A stretch of 64,000 nt of DNA from Myxococcales bacterium (GCA_009692425.1 SHZF01000017.1:5714-69713), one strand, 5' to 3'. Counted from the first letter of the stretch, positions 44,134 through 53,765 are shown. Notes: a model not told the origin generated them from the letters alone. Program-made: numbers and translations.

Positions 44134-46035
44134 TTGCTCATGCTGGCAGCCCCGCGATGCACCCGGCAGCGAGGCCTTGGCGCGCTGGCTTGGAACCGGG
44201 CTAGGAACGCGGCTTGGAACCGGGCTAGGAACGCGGCCTGGCAGCGGGAATGCCTCTGTTGCGTGGTCCTGCTCGCCGCATGCACGACGGCAACGCCAGA
44301 CGCCACGGACCCGGAACCGGGCGGACCCGGCATCGGATTGCAGTTCGCGGCCTTGCAGGCCGGGTCTTGCACCACGACATCGAACGGCGCCAAGAAGTTG
44401 CCCGACGACGTCGCGACTTTGGCGCTGGCGCTGCGTACCGGCGAGGGCGAGTCGATCGTGCGCGTCACCGGGTCGGACCTCGCCGCCGTGCGCGCCAAAG
44501 GCCAGTGGCTGGTCAAGCTCAAGGCGACCGACCGACTCGACATCGAGGTGTTCGGTTGCGACAAGACCAAGCAGGTCACTTGGTACGGCCGTAGCAACGA
44601 CCACCACATCGACAAAGACAAGGACACGCCGGCCCGCGTGTTCCTGACGCCTGTCGGCAAGGTCGCGTGCACGGGCAGTCAGGGGACGGCCGGGACGCTG
44701 CAGGCCGGTCGCAGCCTGATGGGCGGAACGGCGCTACTGCGCGCCGAAGACGCCGGGGCCGACAACAAGACGACGCTGGTCTCGCCGGGCGGCGATGCGT
44801 TGGTGGTCGGCGGCATCCGCGAGTGGTCGGCGACGAAGGCGGTGGGCGCGGGCGCGACGGCCACCGACATCTACGACCACCGGCTGGGCGGGTTCCGCAA
44901 GGGCCCCGATCTGCTGGTGCCGCGCATCGCCCCGCACGTGCACGTGCTCAGCGACCGCAAGGTCCTGGTGGCGGGCGGGCTGTCGGCGGCGCCGCGGCTG
45001 GGCGACACGAACCTGCCGATGCAGATGCTGGCCCCCGACAAGCCCGGCGCGGGCGTGCCGGACCCCAAGGCGGAGGTCCTCAAGTTGTTCAAGGACGCCG
45101 AAGGCGGGCCCGGCAGCAAGAAGGCGGGGGCCGATGTGGGCGTCGGCGCGTTGCCATGGTCGAGCGCACGGCAGCACGGCACCGCGATCACGTATGCAGG
45201 CGGGCTGCAAGCCGATGGCACCGCGTCGGCGAAAGCGACCCGGCTCGAGGGGCTGGCCGAAGTGGCCACGGGCGGTGCCGGCAAGACGACCGCCATCGTG
45301 CTGGCTGCCGGCAGGGTGCGGCCGGGGCTCGTGACGTTCGGCGACGGCGCACTCGTCGTCTGGGGCGGCACGGCACTGGAGACCGCGATCGGCGAACTCG
45401 TGGTCGACGGCGAGACCCAAGGGAAGGCGCTGGACCTGACCGGCGCGGACAGCGTCGGCGGCAAGCTCGCGTCGGCGGCGCCCCTGGTGGTGCCGCTCGA
45501 CATCGGCGAGACGATCATGACTCTGCTTGTGATCGGGGGAGTGCCGTTCGACGATCCCTACAATGCGGCAAAGGCGCCGACCTACGCCGTCACGATCGAC
45601 CGGAGCAAGAATACGGCGGTCATCAAGCCGATCACGCTCGCTGGCGGCGGCGCGCTGCGGGCGGGGCTGTTCGCGGCCGGGTTCCAGACCGCGTCGCGCC
45701 AGGTGCTCGTCGCCGGCGGATTGTTGGCGGTGACGTCGGTGCCCGAGGTGTGCGGCACGGGCAGCGAGTGCGTGCTCGACGGCGTGCTGCTGTTGACGCC
45801 TCCCGCCGACCTGGGCGCAGACAAGTTCGAACTGGGCGTCGCGCTGCACGGCAAGCTCGGCGGCCCGCGCTTCGGCGTGTTGGCGCTCGGCGTGCCGGCG
45901 GGCGTGCTGCTGGCGGGCGGGCAGTCGAGCCTGTTTCCGCCCCCGACGCCCGAAGCCGCCGACGTCTTCGAGACGCTGGGCCAGGTGGCGACGCCTGCCC
46001 TGGACGGCAAGCGCGTCGCTGACGTGTGCAAGTAG
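44134..46035 (+). CDS. hypothetical lipoprotein
   Basis: Lipobox LLAAC preceded by a long Arg-rich n-region that contains a 24-bp tandem duplication. The mature protein is Gly/Ala-rich with beta-propeller-like repetitiveness. The start is uncertain. Confidence 0.5.
   Translation: MLMLAAPRCTRQRGLGALAWNRARNAAWNRARNAAWQRECLCCVVLLAACTTATPDATDPEPGGPGIGLQFAALQAGSCTTTSNGAKKLPDDVATLALALRTGEGESIVRVTGSDLAAVRAKGQWLVKLKATDRLDIEVFGCDKTKQVTWYGRSNDHHIDKDKDTPARVFLTPVGKVACTGSQGTAGTLQAGRSLMGGTALLRAEDAGADNKTTLVSPGGDALVVGGIREWSATKAVGAGATATDIYDHRLGGFRKGPDLLVPRIAPHVHVLSDRKVLVAGGLSAAPRLGDTNLPMQMLAPDKPGAGVPDPKAEVLKLFKDAEGGPGSKKAGADVGVGALPWSSARQHGTAITYAGGLQADGTASAKATRLEGLAEVATGGAGKTTAIVLAAGRVRPGLVTFGDGALVVWGGTALETAIGELVVDGETQGKALDLTGADSVGGKLASAAPLVVPLDIGETIMTLLVIGGVPFDDPYNAAKAPTYAVTIDRSKNTAVIKPITLAGGGALRAGLFAAGFQTASRQVLVAGGLLAVTSVPEVCGTGSECVLDGVLLLTPPADLGADKFELGVALHGKLGGPRFGVLALGVPAGVLLAGGQSSLFPPPTPEAADVFETLGQVATPALDGKRVADVCK
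44188..44235 (+). repeat. perfect 24-bp tandem duplication (x2)
   Basis: gcttggaaccgggctaggaacgcg occurs twice in a row, encoding AWNRARNA-AWNRARNA. It lies about 200 nt upstream of the rseP start on the other strand. Confidence 0.8.
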
Positions 46036-46042
46036 CCTGATC

Positions 46043-46975
46043 ATGCGCCTGTCCATCGAACGCTCGGCGCTCCTGCGCGACCGCGAACGTGAGCGCTCCG
46101 GTCCGCGGCCGCGCCTGCCCGACTGGCTGCGGGCGCCGCTGCCCGGCGGGGCACGCTATGCCGCGATCAAGGATCGGCTGCGGGCCCGTGGGCTGCACAC
46201 GGTGTGTGAAGAGGCGCAGTGCCCCAACATCGGCGAGTGCTGGCAAGAAGGCACGGCCACGCTGATGCTGATGGGCGATGCTTGTACGCGTGCCTGCCGC
46301 TTCTGCGCAGTGCGCACCCACCCGCGACCTCCTGCGCTCGACGCCGACGAGCCCCGCAAGGTGGCCGAGCAGGTCGCGGTGATGGGCCTCGACTACGTCG
46401 TGCTCACGAGCGTGAACCGCGATGACCTGCCCGACGGCGGCGCGGCGCATTTTGCGGCGACCGTGCGCGCGATCCAGGCGGCCGGTGCCGCGACGCTCGT
46501 CGAAGTGCTGACGCCCGACTTTGAAGGCCGCACAGCCGACGTGGCGACGGTGCTCGCGGCCGGCCCGGACGTCTTCGCCCACAACGTCGAGACCACGGCA
46601 GCGCTGACGCCCGTGCTGCGCGACCGCCGCGCTTCGTACGCCCAGAGCCTCGCGGTACTTGCGTTTGCCGCGCGCGAACGGCCCCACGCGATCACGAAAT
46701 CGTCGATCATGCTGGGTGCGGGCGAGTCCGCTGTCGATGTCGAGGTGACGCTGCGCGATCTCCGGACCGCGGGGGTCCGCGCCGTCACGCTAGGGCAGTA
46801 TTTGCGGCCGTCGCCTTGGCATCACCGGGTCGCGCGCTTCGTCGAGCCCGCGGAATTCGACATGTGGAAGGCGCGCTGTGCGGACCTGGGCTTCGCCTAC
46901 TGCGCGGCGGGTCCGCTGGTGCGCTCCAGTTGGCGGGCCGGCGAGCACTACTTGAAGGCGCTGGCCCGGAGTTGA
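46043..46975 (+). CDS. lipA: lipoyl synthase
   Basis: CEEAQCPNIGEC (auxiliary cluster) and CTRACRFC (radical SAM cluster). Conserved LipA length and C-terminus. Confidence 0.9.
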   Translation: MRLSIERSALLRDRERERSGPRPRLPDWLRAPLPGGARYAAIKDRLRARGLHTVCEEAQCPNIGECWQEGTATLMLMGDACTRACRFCAVRTHPRPPALDADEPRKVAEQVAVMGLDYVVLTSVNRDDLPDGGAAHFAATVRAIQAAGAATLVEVLTPDFEGRTADVATVLAAGPDVFAHNVETTAALTPVLRDRRASYAQSLAVLAFAARERPHAITKSSIMLGAGESAVDVEVTLRDLRTAGVRAVTLGQYLRPSPWHHRVARFVEPAEFDMWKARCADLGFAYCAAGPLVRSSWRAGEHYLKALARS

Positions 46976-47055
46976 GGCTTCGGCAACGGCGAAGGAAGCA
47001 CGACCATGCACGAAGACGGCTGCTCTCGAACGCGGCGGGGCCGCGCAACCGTGGT

Positions 47056-47109
47056 ACTCAGGCGCAGCGTGGCTGCAATGGCACTCAGGCGGAGCGTGGC
47101 GGCAGCGGC
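47056..47109 (+). repeat. 27-bp imperfect tandem duplication spanning the likely start codon of the EEP lipoprotein gene
   Basis: actcaggcgcagcgtggctgcaatggc followed by actcaggcggagcgtggcggcagcggc. This encodes (V)LRRSVAAMA-LRRSVAAAA. Confidence 0.7.
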
Positions 47110-48241
47110 ACTTGGCTGCACCCTGGCGGCAATTGCCATCGCGTGCGGCGAGTCCCCGGCGGCGGGGACCTATTTCAAAGCGTCCGACGTGGCCCTTGCA
47201 GATGCGGCGAACGTCGATGGCAGCCCATCCGCCGACGGCGCTGCCCGCGGCGATGGTGCTGTATTGGGCGATGGCTCGGTGGCCCCGGACGCTGCGGTCG
47301 CGCCAGACGCCGGCCCTGTTGATCTCGGCGCGCCGCCCCTGCCTGCAGGGGTCGTCTTCGCGACTGTGACGCCGCCAGCCCCCGCCGCGCCGGCGCTGCG
47401 CGTCACGACCTACAACGTCATGTGCTCATTTTGCGTGAACAGTTCGCACAAGGACTGGCAGCAGAAGTGGTCCGAGCGCCTGCCGTGGCTGCTGGAAATC
47501 CTGGCGCGCGAGAACCCCGACGTGGCCGGCCTGCAGGAGTTGAGCGACAACGAGGCGTCGGGCAAGGAGATCGCCGACCTGACGGCGACGGCCGGTGTCT
47601 ACGGCGCGGTGTCGTACAAACACAAAGCCGACGATGACCTCGAGATCGACTACCCCGATGCCGCGATCCTGTACCGCAAGAGCCGGTTCGCGCTGCTTGA
47701 AAGCGGTCAGTTCTGGCTGAGCCCGCAACCCGACAAGGCGTTTTCGATCGGGTTTGCCAAGTCCGGCGCGCAGTTTCCGCGCCTCGTCGTGTGGGCGCTG
47801 CTCGACGACAAGGTTGCCAAACGCAAGTTCTACTTTGCTACCACGCACTTCGACAACAATCCGCCCAGCCAGGAACTGAGCGCGCCGCTCGCGCTCGATC
47901 GCTTGCATCCGCTCGCGCAGAAGCACCCACTGGTCTTCGTGGGCGACTACAATGCGAAGCCCGACAACAAGGCGTATGCGATCCTGACGGGCAAGGAGGG
48001 CGGCAAGCCCTGGAAGTTCCAGAACGTCGTGGACCTCGCCACGGTGCGCGCCGTCGAATCGAATGTCGCCGCCCCGCCGGCCGCGCCGTTCGCGTTTGCC
48101 GACCGCATCGACCACATCTTCGTGGCGGGCGCGACGTTCAGCGTCGGGCGCTGGGCCATCGACTGGTTCGTGTATGGCGCCAAGAACCAGTTTCCGTCGG
48201 ACCACGAGTCGATCTATGCCGATGTGGACTGGGTGCCGTGA
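47078..48241 (+). CDS. endonuclease/exonuclease/phosphatase (EEP) family lipoprotein
   Basis: MALRRSVAAAALGCTLAAIAIAC is a lipoprotein signal. EEP signatures: TYNVMCSFC, GLQELS, HFDNNP, GDYN, SDHESIYADV. The ORF extends upstream to 47006, but the signal peptide begins at 47078. Confidence 0.7.
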   Translation: MALRRSVAAAALGCTLAAIAIACGESPAAGTYFKASDVALADAANVDGSPSADGAARGDGAVLGDGSVAPDAAVAPDAGPVDLGAPPLPAGVVFATVTPPAPAAPALRVTTYNVMCSFCVNSSHKDWQQKWSERLPWLLEILARENPDVAGLQELSDNEASGKEIADLTATAGVYGAVSYKHKADDDLEIDYPDAAILYRKSRFALLESGQFWLSPQPDKAFSIGFAKSGAQFPRLVVWALLDDKVAKRKFYFATTHFDNNPPSQELSAPLALDRLHPLAQKHPLVFVGDYNAKPDNKAYAILTGKEGGKPWKFQNVVDLATVRAVESNVAAPPAAPFAFADRIDHIFVAGATFSVGRWAIDWFVYGAKNQFPSDHESIYADVDWVP

Positions 48242-49089
48242 CGGACCCCTCCCCTCCGTTCGACGCCGACGAGCGTGCCGGGCTCGTGCGCACGCTGGCG
48301 GCCGCCCTGCGCTGGGAGGCGTGCAGTGGCGCCACGGATGTCGAACGTCTCGCCTGGGTCCAGCCCGACCGGCAGGGGGAGGGAGCGGCCGAGTTGGTGG
48401 GGCCGCACGTCGTCGTGGCGCCGCACGTCGTCGTGGCGCCGCGCGTCTTTGTGGTGCAGCCCCGGCCGGTGTCCCCCCCGCGTCCTGCGGTACCGACTCC
48501 GGCACGCCCGCCATCGGTCGAACGGGAATTCGTGCTGGCGGGGTTGCGCGCCCGCGTCGGCACCTGCACGCGCTGCCCCTTGCATGTAGCGCGAACCCGG
48601 ATCGTACACGGGGCCGGCAACCCGCACGCCCGGCTGGCGCTCGTCGGGCTGGCGCCGGGGTCGGACGACGATCGAAGCGGCCTGCCGTTCCAAGGCGAGT
48701 CGGGTGCACTGCTTGAACGCATGCTCGGCGCCATGGGCCTGCAGCGCAACGACGTGTGGATGGCCATGCTAGCGATGTGCACCGTGCCGGGCGGCGCGGA
48801 CCCGCCGGCAGAGGCGCTGGCCACGTGCAGTCGCTTCCTGCGCACGCAACTCGACGCCGTGCGCCCCGAAGTCGTCGTCCTGTTCGGAGAGAGCGCGGCC
48901 CGCTTCCTGCTGCGGGAGGCTGCTGCCTGGCCTGCGGCGCGCGGCCAGTGGCACACGCTGCTCGGCGTGCCCACGCTGGCCACGCACGCGCCGGCCGATC
49001 TGCTGCAGCACCCTGAGCGCAAGCGGGAGACGTGGGGCGATCTCCAGCGCGTGATGGCGCGCCTCGGCCTGCCGCGCCGTATGCCCTGA
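48238..49089 (+). CDS. uracil-DNA glycosylase, family 4 (Fe-S type)
   Basis: GTCTRCPLHVARTRIVHGAGNPHARLALVGLAPG is the family-4 UDG motif with Cys ligands. Start GTG at 48238 overlaps the EEP stop (GTGA). The ORF-track entry 47791-49089 covers the same frame. Confidence 0.65.
   Translation: MTDPSPPFDADERAGLVRTLAAALRWEACSGATDVERLAWVQPDRQGEGAAELVGPHVVVAPHVVVAPRVFVVQPRPVSPPRPAVPTPARPPSVEREFVLAGLRARVGTCTRCPLHVARTRIVHGAGNPHARLALVGLAPGSDDDRSGLPFQGESGALLERMLGAMGLQRNDVWMAMLAMCTVPGGADPPAEALATCSRFLRTQLDAVRPEVVVLFGESAARFLLREAAAWPAARGQWHTLLGVPTLATHAPADLLQHPERKRETWGDLQRVMARLGLPRRMP
48403..48438 (+). repeat. perfect 18-bp tandem duplication (x2, plus a degenerate third copy) inside the UDG gene
   Basis: ccgcacgtcgtcgtggcg occurs twice and is followed by ccgcgcgtctttgtggtg. 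This encodes PHVVVA-PHVVVA-PRVFVV. Confidence 0.75.
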
Positions 49090-49117
49090 TGCGGGCCGCC
49101 CTGGGAAACTCGCCCGA

Positions 49118-49633
49118 TTGCCGCGCAAGTGGCAGGATGCCCCGATGGACACCCGGCCCCATCCCGCCATGCCCGTGCCCGACATCGAGACGCTGCGCGA
49201 CTGGCTGCAGTCGGAAATCGACGAAGAGGTCGTGCGTTTCGGCGCGGCGCCCAAGCCCCTTGCCTTGGGCGTCTGGTACGCGACCCACCTGCAAGTCGCT
49301 CGCATCGAGACGCGCCACAGCCTGCCGCTGGCCGTCTTGCAGACCACGTTCTGTGCGTTGCCGCGCCGGCGCCGCGCCGTGCTGCCGCTGATCGCGCACG
49401 CCAACCAGCAACTGGAGCGCGGGCGCTGGTTCGTGCAGCAGGAGCCGTTGCGCCTGACGTACGCCATGGAAGTGCCTGCCCAGCGCCTCGACGCTGGCCG
49501 ACTGGGCCGGGAGTGGCGACGCTTCTACAACGAGGCCGTCGCCCACGGCATCGAGCTGACCCTGCGCCTGCGCGCCGTGACGTACGTCGACCTCCTGCGC
49601 CAGAAACGCCGCGCCCGCGAGCCCACCTCATGA
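49118..49633 (+). CDS. hypothetical protein (possibly YbjN-like fold)
   Basis: 171-aa ORF. Its stop overlaps the next gene start (ATGA). No motif; the fold assignment is a weak guess from the hydrophobic pattern. Confidence 0.4.
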   Translation: MPRKWQDAPMDTRPHPAMPVPDIETLRDWLQSEIDEEVVRFGAAPKPLALGVWYATHLQVARIETRHSLPLAVLQTTFCALPRRRRAVLPLIAHANQQLERGRWFVQQEPLRLTYAMEVPAQRLDAGRLGREWRRFYNEAVAHGIELTLRLRAVTYVDLLRQKRRAREPTS

Positions 49634-50397
49634 CTGCCGGTCTCACGCCAGAAGCCACTGCCGATGCGAACGCTGAGGCCCAGGCGATCGACCTCGTCTC
49701 CCCCGTGCCCGCCGAGTGTTGGCGTGCCTTGCGGGGGTGGCTCGACCGGCTCGGGGTGGACTACGAGCCGAACCTGCACGACGAACTGGGGCTGACCGGC
49801 TACGCGGTGAGGCTGCGCAATTACCTGCTCGGCATCGGGCTCGGCGTCCGCTCGACCGGACCGGCCCTGACACTCACGGCTGTGCTCTGTCGGGGCATGG
49901 ACCGGCCCCAAGTCGCACTGGCCGCGGTCGATCGGGCCAATGGCCAGGTGCGACTCGGGCAGGTGTTGTTCTTCCCCGGACCGCCGGCGGAACTCAGCTT
50001 CTTCGCGACCTGGTCCTTCGACCTGCTCGACGAAGCGACGTTTGCGCTGCTTTTCGATGCCGTGCTGGCCGAATTGAACGATGTCGGGTTTCCCGCGGTC
50101 ATGGCGGTGCGCGGCTACCATCCGACCGACCAAGCGGCGCCGTGGGCCGACCCGGAACTGCAGGCGGAGGCCCCCGAGGCCCCCGACGCCTCTGATGGCG
50201 AACCACCTGCGGACACCGGCACTGCAACCGGCACGAGCGCGTCGAATGAAGCCGGCACGTCGAATGAAGCCGGCGGGTCGGACGCGACCAGCGCCTCGGG
50301 CGAAGCCGGCGCGGTGGGGGATCCGGGCGCTCTCCGGGACCCTGCACCTCGGCCGCCGACCCGACGCCGGGGGCCCCGCGGCCCGCGCCGGAACTGA
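49629..50397 (+). CDS. hypothetical protein with acidic Ser/Gly/Ala/Glu-rich C-terminal tail
   Basis: MTAGLTPEATAD start. The globular N-terminal 170 aa are loosely similar in pattern to the upstream gene product. The tail contains an 18-bp tandem duplication. Confidence 0.45.
50241..50276 (+). repeat. 18-bp tandem duplication (x2, 2 mismatches)
   Basis: gtcgaatgaagccggcac followed by gtcgaatgaagccggcgg, encoding SNEAGT-SNEAGG. Confidence 0.7.
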
Positions 50398-50640
50398 TGC
50401 ATCCCGTGCCCGCGCCCAACTCCGCCACCCCAAGACCTTCCCAGGACGCCGAATTGGGTCCAGATGCTAGGCGGAGCAAGGGGTTGGGGCGAAGACGTAC
50501 TTGGGTAGGTTGAGCACCAACGCCGCCGCGACAACGACGCGGATGGGCCCAAGGCGGCGAATCCGTGCCGCGCGCCTGCGATTGACCGCCTGTCGCGCCG
50601 CCCCTAGACTGGCTTCTGGACCCTCGTCCTGCGGGCTGTC

Positions 50641-52560
50641 GTGACGACTCGAACGCCCGAACCCCCGCACGTCGCGCCGCCCGCGCCTGCGCCCACTTGT
50701 GCCCGGGCCCGGCTGCCCGCTGGTTCTGCGCCCACCCGCCCACGCGCAGCGTTGCCCGTCGCACCGCCAGCCTCGCTGCCAACCTCGTTGCCGGCGACCC
50801 TGGCGGGGTTGCTCGTCGTGACCGCCGGCCTCACGCTGCTCGCGGCGGTCGTCGTCGTCCTTGAGGCGCCGGAGCGGGCCGGAACCCCGCCGATTCTTGC
50901 GCGCTGGAGTCCAGCGGGTCCTGCGGCGGCGGCCGGTCGCGGCAATGTGCCGCCGAGCGCAGCAGCGAGCGCGGGCGACGCGGGGCAATTCCGCGGTGTG
51001 CAGGTGGCCGCAGCACCGACAGGCCGGGCACTGCGAGCGGGTCCCGCCGAAACGCCGACGCCCGATGCCGATGGCCAGAGCGCCCTGCCCGCCGGGACCG
51101 CCACACCCGCCCCGTTCGAGGCCACGGAGCCTGCCGGCCGCAGCCCGCTGCGCCGCTACACTGGTCGCAACATCGTGTTGATGACCGACACGCGCCACGA
51201 GTACGCCCAGGACCTGCTGCTCAAGCTCGACTCGTTCATGCAGCAGGCGGCGGCGGCCATCGCGCGCGTCCTCGACACGCAGTCGAGTCCGCGCCCCACG
51301 CAAATCATCGTGTTCGAGTCGCAGGAGCGCTACCAGGACCATGCGCGCGAGCACGCGCCCGGCCTCGTGAACAATGGCGGTTACTACGACGGCGGCATGC
51401 GCACGGTGGTCACCTACCGCTACAACAACTCGATGCAACTGTATTTCCACGAACTCGTCCACGCGATGATGGGCGAGCAGTTCAACGACCACCACTTCAG
51501 CAGGTACACGCGCCGGCATTGGCCGATCTGGTTCGACGAGGGCATGAGCGAGTACCTCGGCTCCTTCGAGGTGCAGGGGGCGGGCATCCGCATTCCGGCG
51601 CCGAACAAGGGCAAGCTGGCCTACCTCGCCAACGCGATGGCACAAGGCGTGTTCATCGACCTCGTCGGCCTGCTGCGCGCGCCGCCCGACCGCTTCAGCG
51701 GCGTTTCGATGAACATCTACTACGCCGAGTCGTGGGGCCTGCTCGACCACCTTCTGGCGTCGCCGGTCACGCGCGGCCGTGTGCCGTTGTTTTTCCGCAA
51801 GATCCGCTCGGGCGAGGACGGGCTGCAGGCCTTCAAGACCTGTTTCGGCGAAGACCTCGGCCTCATCGACGCGGCGTGGCGGGCGCACATCTATGCGAAG
51901 ACCCGGCCGCCGGCCGGCTGGGTGCCGCTTTTCTCGGGCGAGAGCATCGACGACTGGACGGTACACGAAGGCGGCCAATGGAAGGCGGCGGCGGGCGAGA
52001 TTTCGGGCGCCGGCGACCGCAACTACAACTACTTGATCAAGAGCGAAATTCCGATGACGGACTTCGCCTACGAACTCGAACTCAACATCCAGCGCGGCAC
52101 AGCCGGCCTGATCCTCGGCAACAACTTCCACGGCGAGTACCCGTACTACTACCTGATCGACGTCGCACGCGATGCCGTCATGTTGCGGCGGGCGTACTCG
52201 TCGAGTCAGATCGAGCCGGTGATCCAGGCGTGGGCCGAAGTGCCCCTGGGGGAGTGGGTGCGCTTGCGGGTCACTGTCATCGACCGAGTGCTGCGCCTGC
52301 ACGTCGGCGGGCGCGAAGTGTTGCAGGCACGCGTCGATCGCGAACGCTATTCGCTTTTCGGGCTGTACCTGTACCGGGCGCGGGTGCGCTTCCGAGGCCT
52401 GCAATTGCGGCGCGAACTGCCGGAACGCGCGCTGGCCGGCGTGCCGTCGCAAGGGCCAACTGCTGGAGGACCGGCCGAGCCTGCTCCCGGCTGGACACCC
52501 GCGGGCAACCCGGCGGCGTCGGCAGCGCCGCGGGCCGGCATGGCTCGCGAAGAACGGTAG
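50641..52560 (+). CDS. membrane-anchored putative metalloprotease (HExxH, DUF1570-like) fused to a DUF1080/LamG-like C-terminal domain
   Basis: TM helix LAGLLVVTAGLTLLAAVVVVL. HELVHAMM...WFDEGMSEY is an HExxH with a downstream Glu. C-terminal GWVPLFSGESIDDWTVHEGGQWKAAAGEISG...NYNYLIKSE fits the DUF1080 pattern. The start is uncertain. Confidence 0.55.
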   Translation: MTTRTPEPPHVAPPAPAPTCARARLPAGSAPTRPRAALPVAPPASLPTSLPATLAGLLVVTAGLTLLAAVVVVLEAPERAGTPPILARWSPAGPAAAAGRGNVPPSAAASAGDAGQFRGVQVAAAPTGRALRAGPAETPTPDADGQSALPAGTATPAPFEATEPAGRSPLRRYTGRNIVLMTDTRHEYAQDLLLKLDSFMQQAAAAIARVLDTQSSPRPTQIIVFESQERYQDHAREHAPGLVNNGGYYDGGMRTVVTYRYNNSMQLYFHELVHAMMGEQFNDHHFSRYTRRHWPIWFDEGMSEYLGSFEVQGAGIRIPAPNKGKLAYLANAMAQGVFIDLVGLLRAPPDRFSGVSMNIYYAESWGLLDHLLASPVTRGRVPLFFRKIRSGEDGLQAFKTCFGEDLGLIDAAWRAHIYAKTRPPAGWVPLFSGESIDDWTVHEGGQWKAAAGEISGAGDRNYNYLIKSEIPMTDFAYELELNIQRGTAGLILGNNFHGEYPYYYLIDVARDAVMLRRAYSSSQIEPVIQAWAEVPLGEWVRLRVTVIDRVLRLHVGGREVLQARVDRERYSLFGLYLYRARVRFRGLQLRRELPERALAGVPSQGPTAGGPAEPAPGWTPAGNPAASAAPRAGMAREER

Positions 52561-52580
52561 CGTTCAGCCGCCGCTTGGTA

Positions 52581-53711
52581 TCAGGCAGCCGTTTGCGTCG
52601 CCAGCCCGTCGCGACCCAGTGGACGGAAAGCGCCCATGCCCACCCGGTCGGCAAGCGCGCGGTAGATGCCGGTGCACACGTCGTCGTGGCCGCATCGCGC
52701 GCAACTCTCCGGCTTGCACCAGTATTCGGTGTGGCTGTAAGCGACGCGCTGACCCGTGGCCACTTCGACCGAAAAATCGTCCAGGTAGTAGTCAATGTTG
52801 CGGTGCACGATCTCGGGGGCGAGGCACGCCTGCACGTTGCGAAACACGGCCGGCACGCCCAGGCGATCGGCTTCGGCGAGCAGGGTGCGCACGAGGTCGG
52901 CCGATGCCGCGGGCTCGATCACCAGGGCGTCGGCGTGGCGCAACCCGTCGCCGATCGGCTTGACCACGGCGAACACGATCGGGGGCGGCGCGGCCAACCG
53001 CAGGCGTTCGGCGCGCTCGGCCAGGCCCGCCAGCAGTGCCGGCAACGTCGGGCCGTTGACGAGTGAGGTCGCCACGTAGTCATACACGTGGAAACGGCCG
53101 TCACGCAGCGCCGCGTCGAAGCCCGCCAGTTGCCGGTCGAGCCGCCCTTGCGATCGCGACAGGCGGTCGTAGGTGGCGCCGTCGAGCGTGTCGATGCTGA
53201 TGTGCAGGGTCGCCACGCCGCCCGCGTGCAGGTGGTCCAGCGCACCGGGCTCGGCCAGACGCAGGCCGTTCGTCATGACGATGTGGCGCGCCGGCAGGGC
53301 GGCGGCATGGAGCGCGGCAAATGCGGTGTCGAGGTGGGGATAGATCGTCGGCTCGCCACCGATCAGGATCGCGCGGTCGCAGCGGGCGGCGCGGCCAGCT
53401 TGCACGATCGCGGCGATGTCGCCCGGTGGCAAGAAGCCCTGGGCGTCTTCGTGGGGCGGCACCGCGCAGTACAGGCAGGCCGAATTGCACGGGCGGCCGA
53501 AGTCGATGTAGAAACTTGGGGTGAGCCAATCTGCCAGTTGCAGCGCGGTCGCATCCGGGTGGGCGAGCGGCACGTCGGTGCGGCGCCCATGCACGTCGGC
53601 GACGGCGCGGCCCACGAAGCGGCGCTGGCCGCTCGACACCGCTGGCCGGGGCCGGGGCAGCGCAGCGGTGGTGCCCGCGGCGTCGGTTGGTTTGCGTTCG
53701 GATTCCCGCAT
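52581..53711 (-). CDS. radical SAM protein with C-terminal Cys cluster
   Basis: FGRPCNSACLYCAV contains CxxxCxxC. C-terminal CKPESCARCGHDDVC may bind an auxiliary cluster. Start at the internal Met MRESERKP (CAT at 53709-53711). Confidence 0.7.
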   Translation of the reverse strand: MRESERKPTDAAGTTAALPRPRPAVSSGQRRFVGRAVADVHGRRTDVPLAHPDATALQLADWLTPSFYIDFGRPCNSACLYCAVPPHEDAQGFLPPGDIAAIVQAGRAARCDRAILIGGEPTIYPHLDTAFAALHAAALPARHIVMTNGLRLAEPGALDHLHAGGVATLHISIDTLDGATYDRLSRSQGRLDRQLAGFDAALRDGRFHVYDYVATSLVNGPTLPALLAGLAERAERLRLAAPPPIVFAVVKPIGDGLRHADALVIEPAASADLVRTLLAEADRLGVPAVFRNVQACLAPEIVHRNIDYYLDDFSVEVATGQRVAYSHTEYWCKPESCARCGHDDVCTGIYRALADRVGMGAFRPLGRDGLATQTAA

Positions 53712-53765
53712 GGGCGTGCCGACTCCGGCCGCGACCGCCAGGAGCGCGCGGCGCAGATGACGGAG

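Noticed and set aside
42108-44672. 854-aa extended rseP ORF
   Set aside because: The RseP HExxH TM1 starts right after the internal Met at 43994. The upstream 226 codons are noise and overlap the promoter/repeat region.
50398-50640. 243-nt intergenic region, examined for a tRNA or ncRNA
   Set aside because: No convincing secondary-structure signature. It is probably the promoter for the 50641 gene.
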